This document shows, in pieces, positions 1 to 8,304 of a stretch of DNA of 64,000 nucleotides. The notes under the pieces were generated by a model. It saw only the letters and a list, made by a program, of their open reading frames with translations, had not been told where the DNA came from and did no database searches. Every line of letters begins with the position of its first letter. Positions within the stretch are counted from its first letter, which is position 1. The position numbers were made by a program, and so were the translations under genes. Source of the stretch: an uncultured Gemmatimonadaceae bacterium (lineage in GTDB: Bacteria; Gemmatimonadota; Gemmatimonadetes; Gemmatimonadales; Gemmatimonadaceae). The DNA is taken from contig CAWJMB010000002.1 in the NCBI GenBank assembly GCA_963843845.1, positions 1,568,001 through 1,632,000 of the forward strand. The letters run 5' to 3'.

Positions 1-2
1 AG

Positions 3-206
3 GTGCGCGACGCCGGCGTGCGGGTCTCGGTCGTCATGCCCGGGTCGGTCGCGACCGACTTCGGCACCGGGTCGCACAAAGACTGGAATCTCGTTCCCGG
101 CGACGTCGCCGAGTCGGTCGCGCACGTCGTCGCGGCGCCGCGCGGTGTGCTCGTGCACCGGCTCGAAGTGCGCGCGCTGTCGCCGAATCGGCCGCGGGGC
201 ACGTGA
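3..206 (+). CDS. SDR family oxidoreductase, C-terminal part (truncated by window edge)
   Basis: GVRVSVVMPGSVATDF ... GDVAESVAHVV is a typical SDR C-terminus. Confidence 0.75.
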   Translation: MRDAGVRVSVVMPGSVATDFGTGSHKDWNLVPGDVAESVAHVVAAPRGVLVHRLEVRALSPNRPRGT

Positions 207-301
207 CGATCGCGTGACCGGCGCGTAGCGTACGGAACGCGGCGGCGGCCACATCGCCTATCGTGAACCCCGACAGGCCACGAGATTCGGTGCGGCGCGC
301 A

Positions 302-373
302 CCAGCGCCACCAGCGCCACCAGCGCCACCAGCGCCACCAGCGCCTCCAGCGCCTCCAGCGCCTCCAGCGCCT
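302..373. repeat. 9-bp tandem repeat: 4x CCAGCGCCA followed by 4x CCAGCGCCT
   Basis: Read directly from the sequence. Confidence 0.95.
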
Positions 374-432
374 CCGGCGGCGCTCGGCGCCTCCAGCGGC
401 GCTCGGCGCGCCCTCCCCCCTCCCCGTGCGTC

Positions 433-1851
433 GTGATCCAGACGCTGTCGCCCGACTCCGACCGCGACCGCGCGGCCCCGCTCGACGCGGTGCGGCGCGA
501 GCTCGTCGTCGTGCGCGAGATCGCGCACGCGCTTCACGCCGCGGACCGACCGGAGGATCTGTACCGCTTCGCACTCGCGCGTATCTGCCCGCTGCTCGGC
601 GCGTCGTTCGCGTCGGTGTACGTCGTGGATGGGACGTCGGAGCTGATGCGGCTCGCGGCCGCGCACGAGTGGCCCGAACAGTTCACGCGCTGGCTCGGCG
701 ACGCGCGCGTTCGGCTCGGCACGGGGCCGAGCGGTGAGGCGGCGGCAGAGCGACGTATCGTCGAGGTGCCGGACGTGTTCGCCGACGACACGCTCGCCGA
801 CTGGCACGACGTCGCCCACGAGCTGGCGATTCGCGCGATCGTCGCGCTCCCGCTCGTTCCCGGCGGCGCGCGTGCGGGTGCGCGCCCGGCACTCGGTGCG
901 GTCACGTTCTACTTCACCGACACGAACGCGATCACCGACGAGCAGCGCACGCTCCTGCGCGTGCTCGCCGGCCAGCTCGCGAACGCCGCGGAGAAGGCCG
1001 ACCTGATCGACGAGCTGCGGCGCACGAACGCGGCGCTCGTCGAGTCCAACGCGGAGCTCGAACAGCAGTATGTGGCCGTGCTCGAGGCGCGCCGGGTGAA
1101 AGACGAGTTCCTCGCGAACGTCGGCCACGAGCTGCGGACGCCGCTCGCGGCCGTGATGGGGTACGTCGGACTGCTGCTCGACGAAGTCGCAGGACCCGTC
1201 ACGGCGGCGCAGCGGCGCGACCTCACACAGGTGCAGGCGGCGAGCGACCGGCTGCTCGACCTCATCGACAACCTGCTCGAGCTGACGACGCTGAAGCGAG
1301 GCGGGCTCGAGGTCCACGTCGAAGACTTCGACCCGCGCGCGCCCCTGCACGACGCGCTGTCGCGCGTCACGAACCGCCCGCCGGGCGTCGGGCTCCGCGT
1401 CGACGAGGCGACGACGGTGCTCCCGATCGCGCACACCGACCGCAAGAAAACGGTGAAGATTCTCGTTAGCTTGCTGACGAACGCGTTCAAGTTCACCGCG
1501 TCGGGCGAGGTGCGGGCGTCGGTCGAGGTGAGCGGTGGGCGCGTGCGGTACAGCGTGCAGGACACGGGGATCGGGATTCCAGCCGACGCGCAGCGCATGG
1601 TGTTCGACGAGTTCCGCCAGGTCGACGGGTCCGCGGCTCGCCGCTACGGCGGCTCCGGGCTCGGCCTGGCGCTCTCGAGGCGCCAGGCGCGGCTCCTGGG
1701 TGGCGACATCGAACTCGTGTCGGCGGTCGGCGTCGGGTCGACGTTCACTGTCGAGATCCCGCTCGAGTACGTCGCGCCGGTGAGCCCCGACGCGGCGATG
1801 CTGACGCCCGCGTACGGCACGCCAGTCTTCACGACTCTCGCTCGTTCTTGA
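433..1851 (+). CDS. GAF-domain sensor histidine kinase
   Basis: N-terminal GAF-like region; H-box FLANVGHELRTPL; N-box LLTNAFKFT; G1 DTGIGI; G2 GSGLGL. Confidence 0.92.
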   Translation: MIQTLSPDSDRDRAAPLDAVRRELVVVREIAHALHAADRPEDLYRFALARICPLLGASFASVYVVDGTSELMRLAAAHEWPEQFTRWLGDARVRLGTGPSGEAAAERRIVEVPDVFADDTLADWHDVAHELAIRAIVALPLVPGGARAGARPALGAVTFYFTDTNAITDEQRTLLRVLAGQLANAAEKADLIDELRRTNAALVESNAELEQQYVAVLEARRVKDEFLANVGHELRTPLAAVMGYVGLLLDEVAGPVTAAQRRDLTQVQAASDRLLDLIDNLLELTTLKRGGLEVHVEDFDPRAPLHDALSRVTNRPPGVGLRVDEATTVLPIAHTDRKKTVKILVSLLTNAFKFTASGEVRASVEVSGGRVRYSVQDTGIGIPADAQRMVFDEFRQVDGSAARRYGGSGLGLALSRRQARLLGGDIELVSAVGVGSTFTVEIPLEYVAPVSPDAAMLTPAYGTPVFTTLARS

Positions 1852-1866
1852 GACCATTTCGGCCGT

Positions 1867-2241
1867 ATGTCGACACAACAACGCCGCACGGTACAGGAGA
1901 CCCACACGTCGCTCGCCCCGGCTGACGTGCTCGCGGCGGCGACCGCGTTCTTCGCGCGCCGTCAGGGGATCTACGCCGCGTTCCCCGACCGCGAGGGACC
2001 GACGTTCGTCAGTCTGCGGGGGCAGGGGGGAGAAGAGGTGATCGTCGGGGTGGCGCCGGCGGAGCGCGGCACCGCGGTCACCGGCTCGTCGTATCTGTTC
2101 GATCAGCAGATCGCGCGTTTCTTCTCGACGCTCCCGCCCTACCCGACGGAGGACGCGTCGAGCGGCCCACACGCCGTCGGCGGCGAGACGACCGAGGCGA
2201 AGACGCCCGACGCGGCGCCCGCCGCCGGGAGCGTGGCGTGA
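1867..2241 (+). CDS. hypothetical protein
   Basis: ATG start, protein-like composition, fits between neighbours with a GTGA overlap downstream. Confidence 0.7.
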   Translation: MSTQQRRTVQETHTSLAPADVLAAATAFFARRQGIYAAFPDREGPTFVSLRGQGGEEVIVGVAPAERGTAVTGSSYLFDQQIARFFSTLPPYPTEDASSGPHAVGGETTEAKTPDAAPAAGSVA

Positions 2242-2579
2242 GCGCGGGGTCGGACGCGCCGTTCACCACGCAGCTCCGCGCGCGCGGCGAGACGGTCGTG
2301 CTCGGCGCGCAGAACGCGCCGGAGCGGTGGGGGATCCGCGTGCAAGTCGCGGACGTGTATGACGCGGTACGATTCAGCGCGCCCCCGACGGAACCGGTGA
2401 TCGCGCTCAAGGTGCGCGCCCTCGAGCTGCTCCGCCCGGACGCCGCGTATCACGAGGACTTCGTCGTGAAGCTGCACGGCGTGCTCGTCGACGACGAGAA
2501 CGTGTCGCTCGCCGACGCCGGCGCCGCGGACGGCTCGATCTTCCTCGCGCTGCTCCGCCGCCGCCAACCCGTTCGCTGA
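2238..2579 (+). CDS. small ubiquitin-like (beta-grasp, YukD/EsaB-like) protein
   Basis: Pattern PVIALKVRAL...FVVKLHGVLVDDENVSLADAGAADGSIF resembles the ubiquitin core (LIFxGxxLxDxxTLxDxGIxxGSxL). Confidence 0.6.
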   Translation: MSAGSDAPFTTQLRARGETVVLGAQNAPERWGIRVQVADVYDAVRFSAPPTEPVIALKVRALELLRPDAAYHEDFVVKLHGVLVDDENVSLADAGAADGSIFLALLRRRQPVR

Positions 2580-2584
2580 GCGGC

Positions 2585-3559
2585 GTGAGCGAACCCCCGA
2601 GGGCCGACCCGCCGAGCGTCGCGTTCGTCTCGCACGCCGACTGCGGGCGGCACGACACCGGGTGGGCGCACCCGGAGCACGTCGGACGGCTGCGCGCCGT
2701 GACGCGCGCGCTCGCCGCGGCGCCGGACCTGTTCGAAGGCGTCCGGCACCACGAAGGGCGGCACGCGACCGCAGACGAGCTGTCGCTCGTGCACGATGCG
2801 ACGTACGTCGCGTACGTGCGCGAGACGGCCGAACGAGGTGGCGGACGCGTGGACGCCGACACGGTCATCAGCGACGGGTCGTGGGCAGCCGCGACAGCCG
2901 GCGCGGGGTGCGTGCTCGACGGCGTCGACCTCGTGATGGGTGGGGCGGTGCGTCGCGCGTTCGCCGCGGTGCGGCCGCCGGGGCACCATGCGTTGCGCCG
3001 TCACGGGATGGGCTTCTGTCTGTTCGGGAACGTGGCGCTCGCGGCGCATTACGCCAGGCAGCGGCATGGACTCGAGCGCGTGCTCGTCATCGACTGGGAC
3101 GTACACCACGGCAACGGCACGCAGGCGCTCGTCGAAGACGAGCCGGCCATCCACTTCGTGTCGATGCACCAGTGGCCGTGGTACCCGGGCACGGGCGCGG
3201 CCGAGGACCGCGGGCCGCACGCGTCGGTGTGGAACGTGCCGCTGCCCCCGGCCCTCCCGGCGCAGCGCTACGTGGACGCGCTCGAGCGCGGGATCGACGC
3301 GGCGACCGCCGGCTTCGTTCCCGACCTCATCCTCATCTCCGCCGGCTTCGACTCGCTCGCCGGCGATCCGTTAGGCGGCTTCACGCTCGAGATGGAGCAC
3401 GTCGACGCGCTGACGCGGAGCGTGGCGGCGCGTGCCGACGCGTGGTGCGGGGGGCGCGTCGTGAGTGCGCTCGAAGGCGGGTATGCGCCGCCGCGCGTCG
3501 GCGAGGCCTGCACGGCGCACCTGCGCGCGCTGCGCGACGGGATCCCCGCCGGTGCCTAA
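2585..3559 (+). CDS. histone deacetylase family (AcuC/HDAC-like) Zn-dependent deacetylase
   Basis: HPE, RPPGHHA, GFC, DWDVHHGNGTQ, SAGFD and LEGGY motifs. Confidence 0.95.
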   Translation: MSEPPRADPPSVAFVSHADCGRHDTGWAHPEHVGRLRAVTRALAAAPDLFEGVRHHEGRHATADELSLVHDATYVAYVRETAERGGGRVDADTVISDGSWAAATAGAGCVLDGVDLVMGGAVRRAFAAVRPPGHHALRRHGMGFCLFGNVALAAHYARQRHGLERVLVIDWDVHHGNGTQALVEDEPAIHFVSMHQWPWYPGTGAAEDRGPHASVWNVPLPPALPAQRYVDALERGIDAATAGFVPDLILISAGFDSLAGDPLGGFTLEMEHVDALTRSVAARADAWCGGRVVSALEGGYAPPRVGEACTAHLRALRDGIPAGA

Positions 3560-4349
3560 CGTGCCCCCGACGCCCGCCGTGCTCCGCCTCGTGCAGGAGC
3601 TGGCGCTCGGACGGTGGCGTGCCGCCGGCGCGGACCTGTACCGGGAGGTCGCCTCGGAGCTGGACGTGGTGGCGGGGCAGGAGATCATCGTGGCCGGCTC
3701 CGGCGACGGGACGAGTTGCGAATGGCTCGCGCAGCGCACTGGCGCGGCGGTGACCGGCGTCGATCCCGACGCCGAGGACGTGGAGGCGGCCGAGGAGCGT
3801 GCGCGCGAGCGCGTCCCGCTCCTCCCGCTCGCGTTCCAGCAGGCGCCGCTCGACGACTTGCCACATGAGACGGCGGTGTTCGACGCGGCGGTCGGCGAGC
3901 CGGTCCTCGCCTCGGCGAACGATCCGGCGCGCGCGGTGGCGGAGCTCGCGCGCGTCACGAAGCCGATGGGGGTCGTCGTGTTGCTGCAGCTGTCGTGGGG
4001 GCGCGGGATCTCGGCGGGCGCGCGCACGCTGCTCGTCGACCGACTCGGCCTGCGTCCGCACCACGTCGTCGAGTGGAAGCAGATGCTCCGCGACGCGGGC
4101 GTCGTCGACCTGCAGGTCCAGGACTGGACGAACGAGTGCGACGAGGCGCCGTGCGTCGGCGACGCGCCGCAGCTCACCTGGCAGCAGAAGTTGCAGATCG
4201 TGTCGCGCGCGTGGCGCCGCTCCGGGTGGCGCGAGGCGCGCGAGGCGATCGAGCGTGAGGAGACACTGCTCCGGGAGCTGGCGCGTGAACGCGCGTTGGG
4301 CTTCCAGCTCATCCGCGGGGTCAAGTGGCCGCACGCCCAGTCGACGTGA
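3552..4349 (+). CDS. class I SAM-dependent methyltransferase
   Basis: VAGSGDG motif I, VTGVD, LPHETAVFDA, ELARVTKPMG; GTG start at 3552 or 3561. Confidence 0.8.
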   Translation: MPNVPPTPAVLRLVQELALGRWRAAGADLYREVASELDVVAGQEIIVAGSGDGTSCEWLAQRTGAAVTGVDPDAEDVEAAEERARERVPLLPLAFQQAPLDDLPHETAVFDAAVGEPVLASANDPARAVAELARVTKPMGVVVLLQLSWGRGISAGARTLLVDRLGLRPHHVVEWKQMLRDAGVVDLQVQDWTNECDEAPCVGDAPQLTWQQKLQIVSRAWRRSGWREAREAIEREETLLRELARERALGFQLIRGVKWPHAQST

Positions 4350-4405
4350 CCGCCTCCGGCACGGGCGTGCCGACTGCGGGGACGCCGACTGCGGGGACGC
4401 CGGCG

Positions 4406-5395
4406 GTGAGCGCGCACCTGCCGTGGAGCGTGTATCTCGCCCCCGATGGACGGGTCGAGCACGGACTCGGCCTGCGCGCGATGCGCGACGTCGTGACGAG
4501 CGGTGCGGGGACGCTGTGGGTCGACGTCGATGTGACCGATCTGCGACAGCACGCGGTGCTGGAGAAAGTGTTCGGCTTCCATCCGCTCGCCGTCGAGGAT
4601 ACGCTCAACCCGCACACGCGCGTCAAGTACGAGGAGTACGACGGCTTTCTGTTCGTCGTCGTGCGCACGGTGCGGCTGGAGCCCGACACGCCCGACCCCT
4701 ACGACGTCGAGACCCAGGACCTGTACTGCTTCCTCGGCGCCAACTTCCTCGTCACGGCGCACGCGCAGCAGACCGACGCGGTCGACGCGATGCGCGAGCG
4801 GGTGGGGCTCAGCACCGACGTCCTCGCCCGCGGGCCCGCGAAGGCGATGCACGGCATCCTCGATTCCGCGGTCGACGCGTACTTTCCGCTGCTCGACTGC
4901 GTCGACGACATGCTCGACGGATTGGAGGAGCGCGTCTTCGCCAACTTCGACCAGTCGGCGCTGCGTGACATCTTCAGCGTCAAGCGACTCGTCCTGACGC
5001 TCCGCCGACACCTCGCGCCGCAGCGCGAAGTGCTGAACATGCTGACGAATCGACCGTCGGAGCTGCTGCCGGCGAACGTTCAGGTCTACTTCCGCGACGT
5101 CTACGACCACGTGCTGCGCATCAACGACTCGCTCGACACCTACCGCGAGCTGTTGTCGAGCACACTCGACAGTTACCTGTCGCAGGTGTCGAACCGGCTG
5201 AGCCGCAGCAGCAGGGGGCTCACGCTCGTCGCCACCGTCACGCTGCCGTTCGTCATCATGAGCGGGATGTGGGGGATGAATTTCGCGGGCATCCCGTTCG
5301 CGAATCGTCCGCACGGCTTCGCGCTCCTCGTCGTGCTGCAGTGCGTCGTCGCGGCACTGGTCCTAGGCGTTCTCCGATTCTTCCGACTGCTATGA
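4406..5395 (+). CDS. corA: magnesium/cobalt transporter CorA
   Basis: FGFHPLAVED, YFRDVYDH, GMWGMNF (GMN signature) and two C-terminal TM helices; start uncertain (4346-4406). Confidence 0.92.
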   Translation: MSAHLPWSVYLAPDGRVEHGLGLRAMRDVVTSGAGTLWVDVDVTDLRQHAVLEKVFGFHPLAVEDTLNPHTRVKYEEYDGFLFVVVRTVRLEPDTPDPYDVETQDLYCFLGANFLVTAHAQQTDAVDAMRERVGLSTDVLARGPAKAMHGILDSAVDAYFPLLDCVDDMLDGLEERVFANFDQSALRDIFSVKRLVLTLRRHLAPQREVLNMLTNRPSELLPANVQVYFRDVYDHVLRINDSLDTYRELLSSTLDSYLSQVSNRLSRSSRGLTLVATVTLPFVIMSGMWGMNFAGIPFANRPHGFALLVVLQCVVAALVLGVLRFFRLL

Positions 5396-6180
5396 GCGAC
5401 GTGCCGACCTCGCGTCCCGCCGGCGAACACTCGACGATCGCCGGGCGCGCCACTCCGTTAGGCACTCGCGCCGTCCGCGCGCAGAAGGGGCCGAGTCTGC
5501 GACTGTTCGGCGTGGCCGCGCGCGAGGAGCATCCCGCACAGGCCGGCGAACGGCCGCCGGGGATCGACACGGTGACGTTCCGCGACCTCGCGGCGATCGT
5601 GACGCCGGCGCCGTACACGAACGAGGCGCTCACCCCGCGCGAGCTCGAGGCGCACGTCAGCACCGTGGCGGAGGTCTTCGCGCTCCGTGCGATCGTCCCG
5701 GCCCCGCCGGGCACCGTCTTCCGCTCACCGGCGCGGCTCCTGACCTGGCTGGAGCTGCACTACTACACGCTGTCCGAGGCCCTCGAGTACGTGACCGACC
5801 GCGTGGTCGCGCGCGTCACCGTGCGGCGCGGCGATCCGGACGCGCTCGTCACGGCCGCCGCCGCGACGCCGTCCGCGACGCTCCGGCTGACGCCTGCCGC
5901 GGACGACCCGCCCGGCGCGCCCGGCGACCTCGTGTCGGTCGCCGCGGAGACGTTTCGAGAGCTGCGGCGGGACGCGACGGCGCTCATCATCCTCCGCGCC
6001 GACCCGGCGTCCGCGCTCTCCGACGAGTCGGCGCACGGATCGTTTCTGATCGACCGCTCCCGGTGGCGGGCGTTCGAGGACGCGGTCGCGCAGCAGTCGC
6101 GGCGGCACGCCGCCCTGCGGCTCGAATGCACCGGGCCGTGGCCGCCGTACGACTTCGTGCGGATGCAGTTCAAGGCCTGA
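5392..6180 (+). CDS. GvpL/GvpF family protein
   Basis: VTFRDLAAIV, IVPAPPGTVF, FLIDR and C-terminal TGPWPPYDFV, characteristic of GvpL/GvpF. Confidence 0.8.
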   Translation: MSDVPTSRPAGEHSTIAGRATPLGTRAVRAQKGPSLRLFGVAAREEHPAQAGERPPGIDTVTFRDLAAIVTPAPYTNEALTPRELEAHVSTVAEVFALRAIVPAPPGTVFRSPARLLTWLELHYYTLSEALEYVTDRVVARVTVRRGDPDALVTAAAATPSATLRLTPAADDPPGAPGDLVSVAAETFRELRRDATALIILRADPASALSDESAHGSFLIDRSRWRAFEDAVAQQSRRHAALRLECTGPWPPYDFVRMQFKA

Positions 6181-6189
6181 GGACGCCTG

Positions 6190-7197
6190 GTGTTCTGTCC
6201 GAGCTGCGGCACCTGGAACCGCGCGAGCGCGGCGCGCTGTACCCGGTGCAGCACCGCGCTCCCCGAGCCCGCCCCGCCGCCCGCGCTCGAGCCGCCGGAC
6301 GAGGAGATCACGGTGCTTCGGCGTGCGACGGGAGCGCGCTACGCGATCGAACGGCGGATCGGCGGAGGCGGGATGGCGCAGGTCTACCTCGCGCGGCACG
6401 CGACGTTAGGCAGCGCGCTCGCCATCAAGGTGCTGCACCGCCATCTCGCGCGCGATCCGGAGATGCGCACGCGCTTTCGTCGCGAGGCCGAGGCGGCGGC
6501 GCGACTGCAGCACCCGAACGTCGTCGCCATCGTGGACAGCGGCGCGCTGCGGGACGTCGAGTATATCGTGATGCCGTACTACCCGGGCGGCTCGCTGGCC
6601 GACGCGATGACTGGCAAGCGCAGTGTCGAGCCCGAGCTCGCGGCGTCCGCCGTCGCGCAGGCCGCGCAGGGGCTCGACTACGCCCACCGCCGCGGGGTCG
6701 TGCACCGCGACGTGAAGCCGGACAACGTGCTGTTCGACGCCGAAGGCCACGCCGCCGTGACCGACTTCGGCATCGCGAGCGCACGCTTTCACGCCCGGCT
6801 CACGGCGACCGGCCGCGCCATGGGCACGCCGCACTACATGTCCCCCGAACAGGCGATGGGACGCCTGCTCGACGGCCGGAGCGACGTCTACGCGTTGGGC
6901 GTGCTGCTCTACGAGACGTTGAGCGGCGATCCGCCCTTCGACGGCCCGGACGCGTACTCGGTGGGGTACAAGCACGTGCACGAGGCGCCGCGCCCGCTGG
7001 AGCTCCGGGCGCCGCACGTGCCGTCCGTCCTCGCCGCCGCGACGATGCGCGCGCTCGCGAAGAATCCCGCCGAGCGCTACCAGCGGGCGGCCGACCTCGC
7101 CGACGTCCTGATCGCCTACCTCGCCGAGCGCGGCGCGCCGGCACTCCGGGCGGCCTGGCGCATGCGCCCCGCGACCCCGCCGCGTCCACGCACCTGA
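6190..7197 (+). CDS. Hanks-type Ser/Thr protein kinase with N-terminal zinc ribbon
   Basis: CPSC...CTRC; GGGGMAQV, AIK, HRDVKPDN, DFG, GTPHYMSPEQ. Confidence 0.95.
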   Translation: MFCPSCGTWNRASAARCTRCSTALPEPAPPPALEPPDEEITVLRRATGARYAIERRIGGGGMAQVYLARHATLGSALAIKVLHRHLARDPEMRTRFRREAEAAARLQHPNVVAIVDSGALRDVEYIVMPYYPGGSLADAMTGKRSVEPELAASAVAQAAQGLDYAHRRGVVHRDVKPDNVLFDAEGHAAVTDFGIASARFHARLTATGRAMGTPHYMSPEQAMGRLLDGRSDVYALGVLLYETLSGDPPFDGPDAYSVGYKHVHEAPRPLELRAPHVPSVLAAATMRALAKNPAERYQRAADLADVLIAYLAERGAPALRAAWRMRPATPPRPRT

Positions 7198-7210
7198 CAC
7201 GTTTCGATCC

Positions 7211-8245
7211 ATGGACATCCTGCACGAGATCGTCACCGTCCACACGCGGCACCCGTTCGTCATCGCCCGCGGCGGCGCGAGCGAGTGGCGCACCGTGACC
7301 GTGCGCGTCCGCGATGCCGATGGTGCCGAGGGGTGGGGCGAGGCGGCGCCGAGTCGCTTCTACGGCGAGACCCCGGAGAGTGTCGTCGGCGCGCTCGACC
7401 GGTTCCGAGGCGCGCTCGACGGCGTCGATCCGTGGCACCTCGAGGAGGCCGAGTCCCGCATGAATGCGGCGATGCGCTTCAACGGCGCGGCGAAGAGCGC
7501 CGTGAGCGCCGCGCTGCACGATCTCGCGGCCAAGCGGCTCGGCGTCCCCCTCTACAGGCTCTGGGGGCTCGACATGGCGCGCGCGCCGCGGTCGAGCTTC
7601 ACGATCGCGATCGCGCCCGACGACGCGACGCTCCGCCAGCGAGTCGCCGACGCGGCGCAGTACCCCGTGCTGAAGGTGAAGCTCGGGAGCAGCGCGGGAA
7701 CGGCGCGCGACGAGCAGATCGTTCGCCTCGTCCGCGAGGCGGCACCGGACGCCACGCTGCGCGTCGACGCGAACGCGGCCTGGGACGCGAAGACGGCGCT
7801 CCGCATGATCGACCTGCTCGCCTCGCTCGGTGTCGAGTTCGTCGAGCAGCCGCTCCCGGCGCACGACGTCGACGGCATGCGCTTCGTGCGGGAGCGCTCG
7901 CCGCTGCCGATCGTGGCCGACGAGTCGTGCGTCGTCGCCAGCGACATCCCGCGCCTGATCGGCGCGGTCGACGGGATCAACATCAAGCTCGCGAAGTGCG
8001 GCGGGCTGCGCGAGGCGCTGCGGATGATCGCCACGGCGCGTGCGCACGGCATGCTCGTGATGTGCGGCTGCATGATCGAGACGAGCCTCGGCATCGCGGC
8101 GGCGGCACACCTCGCGCCGCTGCTCGACTACGCCGATCTGGACGGCGCGTCGCTGCTCGCCGACGACCCGTACGCGGGGCCGACGATCGACCGCGGCGTG
8201 ATCGCGCTCCCCGACGCGCCGGGGCTCGGCGTCGTGCGTCGCTAG
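7211..8245 (+). CDS. dipeptide epimerase (L-Ala-D/L-Glu epimerase, enolase superfamily)
   Basis: GWGEAAP, KVKLG, VDANAAW, EQP, ADES, NIKLAKCGG, DLDG. Confidence 0.9.
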   Translation: MDILHEIVTVHTRHPFVIARGGASEWRTVTVRVRDADGAEGWGEAAPSRFYGETPESVVGALDRFRGALDGVDPWHLEEAESRMNAAMRFNGAAKSAVSAALHDLAAKRLGVPLYRLWGLDMARAPRSSFTIAIAPDDATLRQRVADAAQYPVLKVKLGSSAGTARDEQIVRLVREAAPDATLRVDANAAWDAKTALRMIDLLASLGVEFVEQPLPAHDVDGMRFVRERSPLPIVADESCVVASDIPRLIGAVDGINIKLAKCGGLREALRMIATARAHGMLVMCGCMIETSLGIAAAAHLAPLLDYADLDGASLLADDPYAGPTIDRGVIALPDAPGLGVVRR

Positions 8246-8304
8246 CGGGCGGAGTGCAACGATCGGACGCGGCGGCCGCTCGCCGGAGTGAGTACGATGC
8301 CACC

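Noticed and set aside
302..373. CRISPR array
   Set aside because: 9-bp tandem units with no spacers and no cas genes.
34..2172. Long antisense and alternate-frame ORFs throughout (e.g. 34..2172-, 3371..5314-, 19586..22396-, 48040..50832-)
   Set aside because: Arg/Ala/Pro-rich shadows of real genes, expected at this GC content; no recognisable motifs.
4369..4402. 15-bp tandem duplication GCCGACTGCGGGGAC near the corA 5' end
   Set aside because: Only about two copies in a low-complexity leader; likely local slippage.
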